From NCBI GenBank assembly GCA_015493995.1, contig WGCD01000146.1, positions 3,772 through 67,771 on the forward strand: a stretch of DNA of 64,000 nt, given 5' to 3'. The position numbers and the translations under genes are program-made. The stretch's first letter is position 1, and every line of letters begins with the position of its first letter. The notes under the pieces were generated by a model. It worked only from the letters and a program-made list of their open reading frames with translations, searched no databases and was not told the origin of the DNA. Below are positions 49,447-57,628 of the stretch, one piece after another. The DNA is from Desulfurellaceae bacterium. GTDB lineage: Bacteria > Campylobacterota_A > Desulfurellia > Desulfurellales > Hippeaceae.

Positions 49447-50397
49447 TTATAAAAGTTTTAACTCTTCCACTCTATTGCACAGTGCCCTTACGTGGTCTGC
49501 AGAGGCTTTTAGAGCATCCAATTCTTCTTGATTTAGCTTCAGCTCTACAACCTCTTCAACACCGTTTTGACCCAATCTTGTAGGTAGTCCTACATACAAG
49601 TCAGGGTCAAGTCCGTATTTACCCTGCGTTTTAACAGCACAAGGCAAAATATCTTTCTTGTCAAGCACGATGGATTCTATCATCTGAACAACAGCCGATG
49701 CCGTTGCATAGAAAGCCGAACCGGTCTTTAAAAGTGAAACTATTTCGCCGCCACCTTTCCTTGTTCTTTCAACAAGTCTCTCTATGGTATCCTTATCAAA
49801 TATCTCTGTGATTGGAACGCCTCTGACCGTTGAATACCTTGTCAAAGGAACCATATCGTCTCCGTGCCCGCCGAGTGTCATTGCTTGAACAGCTTTTACA
49901 GAGCATTTTGCCTCCCAAGCTATAAACCTTGCAAATCTCGTTGAGTCCAAACATCCCGCCTGCCCAAACACCTTATCATCGGCAAAACCGCTGACTTTTT
50001 TGGCTGCATACACCATTGCATCAAGAGGATTGGCAACAACAACTATAATTGCATTGGGAGAGTATTTTGCTACCTGCTCGGTGACCTCTTTCATAATTTT
50101 AACATTTGTTACAAGCAGGTCGTCTCTGCTCATACCCGGTTTCCTCGGTAAGCCGGAAGTGATAATGACTATATCGGAGTTTTCCGTATCCTTATAATCG
50201 TTTGTTCCGATAATTTCCGTATCAAATCCTTCAATCGGAGAGGCTTCCATCTCATCAAGAGCCTTTCCCTGTGGCAGACCCTCAACGATATCAACCACAA
50301 CAACGGTCTTGGCAAGCTCTTTTTCGGCAAGCCTCATCATCGTGGTGCCGCCGACCTGTCCCGCACCGATTACACTTATCTTGGCATTAGCTAACAT
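49447..50397 (-). CDS. mdh: Malate dehydrogenase (LDH-like MDH family)
   Basis: KISVIGAGQVGG Rossmann motif, SGLPRKPGMSRDDL, GGHGD. Start set to MLANAK (50397), 9 nt after GAGGAGG. The track start (TTG, 50415) lies inside that SD. Confidence 0.93.
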   Translation of the reverse strand: MLANAKISVIGAGQVGGTTMMRLAEKELAKTVVVVDIVEGLPQGKALDEMEASPIEGFDTEIIGTNDYKDTENSDIVIITSGLPRKPGMSRDDLLVTNVKIMKEVTEQVAKYSPNAIIVVVANPLDAMVYAAKKVSGFADDKVFGQAGCLDSTRFARFIAWEAKCSVKAVQAMTLGGHGDDMVPLTRYSTVRGVPITEIFDKDTIERLVERTRKGGGEIVSLLKTGSAFYATASAVVQMIESIVLDKKDILPCAVKTQGKYGLDPDLYVGLPTRLGQNGVEEVVELKLNQEELDALKASADHVRALCNRVEELKLL

Positions 50398-50451
50398 AGC
50401 ACTAAACCTCCTCAAGAAAATTTTATATTACATTCTACATCAAACTAAAAG

Positions 50452-50481
50452 ATTTTACACCCAAAACAATTTATATGTCAA
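50452..50481 (-). promoter_or_regulatory. Putative sigma70-type promoter of mdh (-35 TTGACA / 18 nt / -10 TAAAAT)
   Basis: Minus-strand hexamers at 50481..50476 and 50457..50452. Confidence 0.5.
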
Positions 50482-50647
50482 CACTTTTTTACTTACGGGC
50501 TGGCATTTGCAAAACAAGAATTATTTTTTGAAAAATTATATTTATTCAGTTTTTTATTAAACCGAACGGGACAGAAGTTTGATACGGTTAGACCGTTTAT
50601 CAAGTAAGGAGCAACAAATAAAACAAATCGTATAAAATTAAGGTTTT

Positions 50648-51472
50648 TTATAAAAGTATAAGTTCCCTTATTATACTTGCGGCTGTTATGCTTGATATTC
50701 CGCTTGTGTCGTAATGGGGAGAAAGCTCCACAACATCAATACCGACAATGTTTAATGCAGAAAATAACAACATGCACTCAAGAAGTTCTTTATAAGATAC
50801 GCCACCCGGTTCAGGCGTTCCTGTTCCTGGGAACACGGATGTATCCAAAACGTCCAAATCAAGAGTAACGTAAACAGGCTTTTTCCCTATGTCTTTAATA
50901 AATTTTTCAGCATTGCTTAAAGAAAAAAGTTGCATTTTCTCATCTCTGTAAGGTAACAGGGTATCGGTTGAGTTGAGGCTTCTTATGCCAAGCTGATAAA
51001 GGTTCTCAAAACCTACAATCTCCGCCGCTCTCTTCATTACAGTTGCATGAGAAAAACGCTCCCCTCTGTATGAGTCTATTAAATCGCTGTGAGCATCGAG
51101 TTGTATCACGGTAAGGTTTTTGTATTTTTTCTTAAAACTCTTTATTATCGGGTAGCTTACGAGGTGCTCGCCGCCCATAAAGATAAATCTTTTGCGTTTT
51201 TTTATCAGCTTATCGACAAACGTTTCAATAATATCGAGGTTGAGCTGTTTATCGCCAAAGCTCAACGGTATATTGCCTAAATCGCATATTTTTTTATCTC
51301 TCAAATCTTTTTTTTGGTATGGGCTGTACGATTCTATACCGTAGGATGCCTCTCTTATGGCATCCGGAGCAAAACGGGAGCCGGGTCTGAAAGAGGATGT
51401 GCCGTCGTAAGGCACACCCGTCAAAACCACATTTGATTTTTGAAACTCAAACGCTGCACAATAAAAGTTCAT
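50648..51472 (-). CDS. speB: Agmatinase (arginase/ureohydrolase family)
   Basis: GGEHLVSYP, QLDAHSDL, TLDLDVLD metal-ligand motifs. Directly follows the arginine decarboxylase gene with no gap. Confidence 0.87.
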   Translation of the reverse strand: MNFYCAAFEFQKSNVVLTGVPYDGTSSFRPGSRFAPDAIREASYGIESYSPYQKKDLRDKKICDLGNIPLSFGDKQLNLDIIETFVDKLIKKRKRFIFMGGEHLVSYPIIKSFKKKYKNLTVIQLDAHSDLIDSYRGERFSHATVMKRAAEIVGFENLYQLGIRSLNSTDTLLPYRDEKMQLFSLSNAEKFIKDIGKKPVYVTLDLDVLDTSVFPGTGTPEPGGVSYKELLECMLLFSALNIVGIDVVELSPHYDTSGISSITAASIIRELILL

Positions 51473-51946
51473 CTATTCCCACCATAAGACAACACAGGCA
51501 AATGCAGCTCCGTGTTCTTTAACAATATGGCTTGCTGCTATACTTTCTATCTTTTCTATCTCATACCCTCTGTACTCCATACCCCACTTTGCCATCTCTA
51601 TAACGTGTGATTCGGCTTCCTCTTTGGTGATGTTTTTGTCTTCATATTCCATAATCAAACCGTTTTTGGTTTTGTCTTTGGGTACGGCTACGGCAACAGC
51701 CGCAGATATTAGCTCACCCTTTTTACTCGACGTTATTGCAGCATAAGCCACAGGAACCAAATCACCGGGAGGCAGGTTAATATCATCAACCTTTAAACAG
51801 TTTGGCGGTAAAATAGAGCTCATTTTGACTAAATTTGTATTTCCAACGCCACTTTTTAAAAGTGCCACATCAAATGCATTTAATTCGCTAAAGCCTTCGG
51901 TAGAAGCGGCTTTTATCGAGTAGATTGTAGGGGGGTTGTTAAACAT
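51473..51946 (-). CDS. pdaD: Pyruvoyl-dependent arginine decarboxylase
   Basis: 157-aa PdaD-size protein with the self-cleavage Ser-Ser site (LVKMSSILPP) and a C-terminal conserved block (GLIMEYE). Confidence 0.85.
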   Translation of the reverse strand: MFNNPPTIYSIKAASTEGFSELNAFDVALLKSGVGNTNLVKMSSILPPNCLKVDDINLPPGDLVPVAYAAITSSKKGELISAAVAVAVPKDKTKNGLIMEYEDKNITKEEAESHVIEMAKWGMEYRGYEIEKIESIAASHIVKEHGAAFACVVLWWE

Positions 51947-51963
51947 ACGCTCCTCCCTGATTA

Positions 51964-52383
51964 TTAATGATAAGCAGCGCTATTGTTTTTTTGTTTGTGT
52001 CGGATAAAGGAGGGTTTAAAGTGGAACTGCTCTATCTCAAGCACTCCTCTCAAAACCTCTTTTTCCTCTGTATGAGAAGGTTTTAAAACTGATTTTAAAA
52101 ATTCGTGGGCTTTCCACGGGTTGGAGGTGTCTCCGCAGGTAAAAAAATCAACAGCAGCAAAACCGTATTCAGGCCAGGTGTGTATGGCAAGATGCGATTC
52201 GGCTACTATCACGACTCCACTGACTCCAAAAGGTTCAAATGTTCGAAACGACGATGAAACAACGGTTGCATTGGCTTTTTTTGCAGCTTCCTGCATAAAC
52301 TGCTCAAGTTTTTGCGGGTCGTTCAAAAGCTCTTTGTCACAGTTAAAGTACTCAGCCAAAACATGTCTTCCAAGTGCTTTCAC
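51964..52383 (-). CDS. speD: S-adenosylmethionine decarboxylase proenzyme (class 1, pyruvoyl)
   Basis: GRHVLAEYFNCD and the VVIVAESHLAIHTWPE autocleavage (E-S) motif, FTCG. Confidence 0.88.
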   Translation of the reverse strand: MKALGRHVLAEYFNCDKELLNDPQKLEQFMQEAAKKANATVVSSSFRTFEPFGVSGVVIVAESHLAIHTWPEYGFAAVDFFTCGDTSNPWKAHEFLKSVLKPSHTEEKEVLRGVLEIEQFHFKPSFIRHKQKNNSAAYH

Positions 52384-52463
52384 TCATGTGCCCTCCTTAA
52401 TCCTTAAATTTTTTTAATACATACACGTACATACAAAACAAGCGTAAAAATACGCAAATAACA

Positions 52464-52492
52464 TCTATAGCACTATTGCACTTAAAAGTCAA
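52464..52492 (-). promoter_or_regulatory. Putative sigma70-type promoter of speD-pdaD-speB (-35 TTGACT / 17 nt / -10 TATAGA)
   Basis: Minus-strand hexamers at 52492..52487 and 52469..52464, about 80 nt upstream of the speD ATG. Confidence 0.45.
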
Positions 52493-52546
52493 ATAGTTGA
52501 TTATCTGTCTGTATCAGCGCAAAAACAAAATATTCTTTTCTGTTTC

Positions 52547-52664
52547 ACCTCAAACACAACCTATCATATTTTACGTTTGAATGTAATCAACGCCGACTGT
52601 CTCAATAGCCGTTTTTTACACCTCCCAAACAGGCAAAAAGGACTTCAGATTAAAACCTCAAACA
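52547..52664. repeat. Three copies of an ACCTC(CC)AAACA motif in the lysS-speD spacer
   Basis: ACCTCAAACA at 52547..52556 and 52655..52664; ACCTCCCAAACA at 52620..52631. Minus-strand sense is TGTTTGAGGT. Confidence 0.4.
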
Positions 52665-52788
52665 ACGGATTTTCTTTAAAACAAGTTTGATAGAGCTGTT
52701 GGAATCACCACTCAAAATGCACACCTAGTATGTTTCCTGTCTCGAGATTAAAGTCAAAAAAAACAAAAGAATTTTTCGTTAAAAAAGC

Positions 52789-54285
52789 CTATATCTCTTC
52801 GTTTTCTTTGTCTTTCATCAACGGAAAGAGAATGACGTCCCTGATTGAATCGTGGTTTGTCATAAGCATAACAAGCCTGTCTATTCCTATCCCCTCTCCG
52901 GCTGTTGGCGGTAGACCGTATTCCAATGCTCTTATGTAATCCGCATCATACATAGAGGCTTCATCGTCCCCTTTTTTTCTTTCCTCAAGCTGTTTTAGAA
53001 ATCTCTCCTTCTGGTCGAACGGGTCGTTTAATTCCGAAAATCCGTTTGCCATCTCCATTCCTGAAACAAAAAGCTCAAATCTTTCCGTAATATCCGGGTT
53101 TTCATTGCTTCTTCTGGCAAGAGGACTTATAGCCACGGGATACCCTACAACAAATGTCGGGTTAATCAATTTCGGTTCCACTAAAGCATCAAACAGCTCA
53201 GCCAGAATTTTTTCCAAACTCATATCCTTCTTAACGGATTTACCGAGTTCTATTGCCATGTTATAGGCTTTTTCTTTATTTCTAATCGTTTCTTCGTCAA
53301 GCCCGCCGATACTTTTCAAGCCGTCAAAAAAATCCAGTCTTTTCCATGGTCTTGAGAAGTCTATCATTTGGTTGTTAAATTCGACCTTTTTTTCATCTAT
53401 ACCCAACCGCTTAAAAACATATTCAAAAAGCTCCTCGGTAAAATCAAGCAAAAACGTATATCTTCTGTATGCTATATAAAATTCCATCATCGTAAATTCC
53501 GGGTTGTGCTTCAAATCCATTCCCTCGTTTCTGAAATTTCTGTTAATTTCAAAAACCCTTTCCATTCCACCGACAACAAGTCTTTTTAAATAGAGTTCAG
53601 GCGCTATTCTCAAATATAGGTCTATATCCAAAGCGTTATGGTGGGTTATAAACGGCTTTGCCGTTGCGCCTCCCACAAGTTTATGCATCATAGGGGTTTC
53701 AACCTCTGTAAATTTGTTTTGCACCATAAAATCCCTGACAGCATTTATTATTTGTGCGCGTTTAATCATTGTCTCTTTGACTTCGTTATTAACAATCAAA
53801 TCAACATAGCGCTGTCTGTACCGCAGCTCTTTATCTTGAAGCCCGTGCCATTTTTCGGGAAGCGGTCTTATGGATTTTGTCAACAGGACAATCTTTTTAG
53901 CCTTTATAGTCAACTCTTTCGTTTTTGTCTTGAACAGGCATCCCTCAACGCCGATAATATCTCCTATGTCTGTTTTTTTATACAGTTTGAAATCCTCTTC
54001 AGATAGGCTGTTTTTTTCTGCATACACCTGAATTTGCCCTGTAAAGTCTTTTAGTTTCATAAATCCGGCTTTACCGAATGAGCGGTATGCCATTACCCTT
54101 CCTGCAACAGACACACATACATCTTTATTTATCAACTCCTCGGAATCAGACTCGTCGTAGCCTTTATGCAAATCTTCAGCCAAGCTGTCAGGCAAAAAAG
54201 CGTTATTGTAAGGTTCTATACCCTTGCTTTTAAATTCTTTGAGCTTCTCAATTCTTCTTTGGATGAGTTTGTTTCTATCTTCCAT
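52789..54285 (-). CDS. lysS: Lysyl-tRNA synthetase, class II
   Basis: OB-fold N-domain. Class II motifs (FRNEG; motif 3 GIGIDRLVM). RYRQRYVDLI string. Confidence 0.97.
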   Translation of the reverse strand: MEDRNKLIQRRIEKLKEFKSKGIEPYNNAFLPDSLAEDLHKGYDESDSEELINKDVCVSVAGRVMAYRSFGKAGFMKLKDFTGQIQVYAEKNSLSEEDFKLYKKTDIGDIIGVEGCLFKTKTKELTIKAKKIVLLTKSIRPLPEKWHGLQDKELRYRQRYVDLIVNNEVKETMIKRAQIINAVRDFMVQNKFTEVETPMMHKLVGGATAKPFITHHNALDIDLYLRIAPELYLKRLVVGGMERVFEINRNFRNEGMDLKHNPEFTMMEFYIAYRRYTFLLDFTEELFEYVFKRLGIDEKKVEFNNQMIDFSRPWKRLDFFDGLKSIGGLDEETIRNKEKAYNMAIELGKSVKKDMSLEKILAELFDALVEPKLINPTFVVGYPVAISPLARRSNENPDITERFELFVSGMEMANGFSELNDPFDQKERFLKQLEERKKGDDEASMYDADYIRALEYGLPPTAGEGIGIDRLVMLMTNHDSIRDVILFPLMKDKENEEI

Positions 54286-54296
54286 CTATGCACCTC

Positions 54297-55374
54297 TTAT
54301 AAATTATTTTTCAAAGCCTCTTTTATAAAGTCGTCCAGCTCTCCGTTTAACACGGCTACAGCCGCCATATCCTTCTTTTCCAAATTTGTTCTGTGGTCTT
54401 TAACCATTTTGTATGGGTGTAAAACATAAGACCTTATTTGACTGCCCCATTCTATCTTTTTTTTATCGCCGGACAGGTCGTTTAACTGCTTTTTTTTCTT
54501 TTCTTCTTCAAGCTGATACAGTTTTGCTTTTAAGATTTTCATAGCAAAACTTTTGTTTTTATACTGGCTTCTTTCGTTTTGACAGCTAACAACTATACCT
54601 GTGGGCAGATGCGTTATTCTAATTGCCGAATCGGTCTTGTTGACGTGCTGCCCGCCGGCACCCGATGCTCTGAAAGTATCTATTTTTAAATCGTCCGGTT
54701 TTACATCTATCTCAACATCGTCGTTTATCTCAGGCAGAACACTAACCGAGGCAAAACTTGTATGTCTTCTTTTATTGGCATCAAAGGGCGAGATTCTCAC
54801 CAACCTGTGGACACCATTTTCTGTTTTTAGGTATCCGTATGCAAACTCCCCTTTAACAGTGAAGGTTACGCTTTTGTATCCGGCTTCATCTCCTGCTTGA
54901 ATATCCATAACTTCAAGCGCAAACCCGTTTTTCTCCGACCACATTGAGTACATCCTGAACAACATAGACGTCCAGTCGCAAGACTCCGTTCCGCCTGCGC
55001 CAGAATGAATGGTTACTATGGCATTTGCAGGGTCGTGCTTATCCGATAAAAACACCTTTATTTCGGCATCTTCAATCCTTTTTGACAGAGACTCAACGCC
55101 CTCTTTAACATCTTTTTTTATGCTTTCGTCTTCGTCGGATAACTCGTCAAGCTCAAGCAGGGTTTCTATCTCTTCTTCAAGCTCCGATATCTGTTTGCTC
55201 TGGGTTTCCAGCTGCTGTTTTTCCTGTTTTAAAGATTGAAGGAGGGTATAGTCGTTCCAGTTTTTCTCGTTTTCCAACTCCGCATCAATCTCTTTAATTC
55301 TCGGGAGTTTGGGGTCAAAGATACTCCTTTATTTGAAGTAGTCTGTTTCTAAATTCATTTATTATTTCTCTCAC
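54297..55374 (-). CDS. prfB: Peptide chain release factor 2, expressed via programmed +1 frameshift
   Basis: GGQ motif (SGAGGQHVNKTDSA) and SPF tripeptide (RISPFD). Frame 0 runs from GTG 55374 (MREIINEFRNRLLQIKEYL) to in-frame TGA at 55317..55315. The +1 frame continues DPKLPRIKEIDAELENEKNW into listed ORF 54297..55277. Confidence 0.95.
55314..55328 (-). promoter_or_regulatory. RF2 autoregulatory +1 frameshift site (AGGAG-UAU-CUU-UGA-C)
   Basis: Minus strand reads AGGAGTATCTTTGAC. It has an internal SD-like AGGAG, 3 nt, then slippery CUU U followed by a UGA C stop context. The layout matches the E. coli prfB site. Confidence 0.9.
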
Positions 55375-55384
55375 TGTGCCTCCG

Positions 55385-55711
55385 TTATTTTATACCAAGA
55401 AGTTTTTTTAATACGTTTTTTGCCTGTTCAATATCTTCCTTATCAAGTGAGCTTATCTTTTTCTTTATATCTTTTCTGTTTAGAGTGGCGATTTTAGACA
55501 TCCTGACATAGCTTTGCATAAGCAGCCCCTTATTTTTCCAGTTATGTATTTCAACCTCGGTCTCCATATCTCTTCTTTGAGATGTTATACGAGCCACGAT
55601 TATATCTTCATCTCCGGTATCCACAACGACCATAGCGGGTCTCATAACAGTATTGTTCATATTGGTGTATGGAAAGGCTATAATTACAACATCACCGAAA
55701 GAGTAACTCAT
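55385..55711 (-). CDS. PemK/MazF-family toxin (type II TA endoribonuclease fold)
   Basis: FGDVVIIAFPY...RPAMVV...ARITSQ...SYVRMSKIATL pattern of the PemK/MazF SH3-like barrel, 108 aa. Its stop lies 10 nt upstream of the prfB GTG. Confidence 0.72.
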   Translation of the reverse strand: MSYSFGDVVIIAFPYTNMNNTVMRPAMVVVDTGDEDIIVARITSQRRDMETEVEIHNWKNKGLLMQSYVRMSKIATLNRKDIKKKISSLDKEDIEQAKNVLKKLLGIK

Positions 55712-55910
55712 TGTAAACCGTTAATTCATCCTCGTTACCGTAGTCATAAAAGAACCTGTTGTATGCTATAACATCCCAACAGTTGCTCTTGTCGTTAATA
55801 ATAATGTTCAAAATGTCACAAGGTTGCTTTAACTTGTAGATGAAAGCCTTTTTATCCTCACTGTCTCCGCTAAAAAGCATTTCGAGAATTTCGCAGCGCG
55901 GTTTGTTCAT
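55692..55910 (-). CDS. Hypothetical 72-aa protein in antitoxin position upstream of PemK-like gene (no recognisable MazE/AbrB/RHH motif)
   Basis: ORF overlaps the toxin start by 20 nt. GGAG lies 8-10 nt upstream within the ubiE stop region. Acidic, with three Cys. Confidence 0.45.
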   Translation of the reverse strand: MNKPRCEILEMLFSGDSEDKKAFIYKLKQPCDILNIIINDKSNCWDVIAYNRFFYDYGNEDELTVYNELLFR

Positions 55911-55920
55911 AGCATAACTC

Positions 55921-56619
55921 CTACTCCTTTATTCCGCTATGGATAAAAGATACCCCGAACGTCAAAGGAACATAAAAAACATTTTTAAAGCCCACTCTTT
56001 CCATCATAGACTTTAGGAAGTCAACATCGGGAAAATACTTTATGGAAGACGGAAGATAGGTATAGGCGCTTCTATTTCCCGATATCAGCTTGCCCAAAAA
56101 CGGCAAAAAAACCGACGAATAAAGATTATATATTGCTCCGAAAGTTTTGTATATAGGTTTGTTAAATTCCAATACTACGAGCTTGCCCTTTGGCTTTAAA
56201 ACCCTTTTAAACTCGTATAAAGCCGAAATTTTATCCGGCACATTCCTGATGCCGAAGGCTATTATGACATTATCAAACATCTCGTCTTTAAACGGAAGAT
56301 TTTCAGCAGCAGCACAAACCAAATCGATATTTTTTCCGACGATTTTTTCTGCACCCATATTGAGCATACCCATGCTTAAATCAACGCCTATGACGCTGTC
56401 AACCCTATTTAGAGCCTCTATTGCTACATCGCAGGTTCCCGTTGCAACATCAAGTGCGTTTTTACCGTCAAGCATCGAAACAGCCCTTTTTCTCCACAGC
56501 TTGTCTATATTAAAACTCAGGTAGTGGTTGAGCAAGTCGTAAGTAGGAGCTATTGAGGAGAACATATCCGAAATTTTTCTGTTTTTAGCGCTCAGTTCGT
56601 GCATACGCTTTTTTAACAC
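55921..56619 (-). CDS. ubiE: Demethylmenaquinone/ubiquinone C-methyltransferase
   Basis: FSSIAPTYDLLNHYLSF, SAM motif I ALDVATGTCD, VIIAFGIRNV and LKPKGKLVVLEF strings typical of UbiE/MenG. Confidence 0.9.
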   Translation of the reverse strand: MLKKRMHELSAKNRKISDMFSSIAPTYDLLNHYLSFNIDKLWRKRAVSMLDGKNALDVATGTCDVAIEALNRVDSVIGVDLSMGMLNMGAEKIVGKNIDLVCAAAENLPFKDEMFDNVIIAFGIRNVPDKISALYEFKRVLKPKGKLVVLEFNKPIYKTFGAIYNLYSSVFLPFLGKLISGNRSAYTYLPSSIKYFPDVDFLKSMMERVGFKNVFYVPLTFGVSFIHSGIKE

Positions 56620-56733
56620 TTATGGCTTTTAAGGTCAAGAGAAATGTTCATACATCGCTGTTTTTGCTTTGAATATTAAATGAGCATTTTTATATTGCTT
56701 TAAATTTCTGCAATATTTTGTTATCTTTGCCCT

Positions 56734-57579
56734 ATGAAAATGTTGGGAGCTCACGTTAGCATAGCAAAAGGGATTGAAAACGCTCCTATCAGGGCAAATC
56801 TCATCGGTGCCAAAGCGTTTGCTATGTTTGTAAAAAATCAGAGACAGTGGAGCGCAAAGCCTTTTAGCGAATCAAACATACGTCTGTTTAAGCAAAACTG
56901 CGAAAGCCTCGGGTTTAACTTAAAACACATTTTGCCGCACGCAAGCTATTTGATAAATCTCGGCATAAAAAACGGTGAAAAGCTGGAAAAATCGAAGATG
57001 GCGCTGATAGATGAGATAAACAGATGCTTGCAGCTATCTTTGAGATATATAAATATTCATCCCGGAGCCCATCTTAATTTGTCAAGCGAAGAGGAGTGTC
57101 TCGATATTATAGCCGAAAACATAAATGACATATTAAAAAAGACCGAAAAGATTGTTATTGTGCTTGAGAATACCGCAGGCGAGGGAACAAATGTCGGTTA
57201 TAAATTCGAGCATTTGAGAAGAATCATCGATTTGGTGGATAATAAAAAAAGGATAGGTGTTTGTATTGATACCTGTCATCTTTTTGCAGCCGGATATGAT
57301 ATAAGGAACGAGTATTCATATAAAAAAACATTCGAGCAGTTCGAGAGAATTATAGGTTTTGATAAGCTTTTGGGAATGCATCTAAACGATGCCAAGTCGG
57401 AATTTGCAAGCAGGATTGACAGACACCACAGCATAGGAAAGGGGGATATAGGTTTGGATGCGTTTAGATTTATTATGAACGATGAAAGAATTGACGATAT
57501 CCCTATGGCTTTGGAGACGATAGATTCGACTATTTGGGAAGATGAAATAAAACTTCTTTACAGCTTGATAGAGACCTAA
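56734..57579 (+). CDS. nfo: Endonuclease IV (AP endonuclease, TIM-barrel)
   Basis: GAHVSIA, HASYLINL, NIHPG, LENTAG, CIDTCH, HLNDAK, DRHHSIGKG metal-ligand pattern. Confidence 0.92.
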   Translation: MKMLGAHVSIAKGIENAPIRANLIGAKAFAMFVKNQRQWSAKPFSESNIRLFKQNCESLGFNLKHILPHASYLINLGIKNGEKLEKSKMALIDEINRCLQLSLRYINIHPGAHLNLSSEEECLDIIAENINDILKKTEKIVIVLENTAGEGTNVGYKFEHLRRIIDLVDNKKRIGVCIDTCHLFAAGYDIRNEYSYKKTFEQFERIIGFDKLLGMHLNDAKSEFASRIDRHHSIGKGDIGLDAFRFIMNDERIDDIPMALETIDSTIWEDEIKLLYSLIET

Positions 57580-57628
57580 ATATCAAGGCTTTTTTAAAAG
57601 AAAGCCCATAATTTTTTTGGGAGGTGTT

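Noticed and set aside
50501-50511. TGGCATTTGCA upstream of mdh as a sigma-54 (-24/-12) promoter.
   Set aside because: The GG and GC elements are adjacent instead of separated by the required ~10 bp, and the orientation is wrong for mdh. A good sigma70-type promoter lies next to it.
57587-57620. Weak hairpin GGCTTT-(8 nt)-AAAGCC followed by a T-run after nfo, as a terminator.
   Set aside because: The stem is only 6 bp and AT-rich, and the T-run is separated from it by CATAA. This is too weak to call, and zapE may be co-transcribed.
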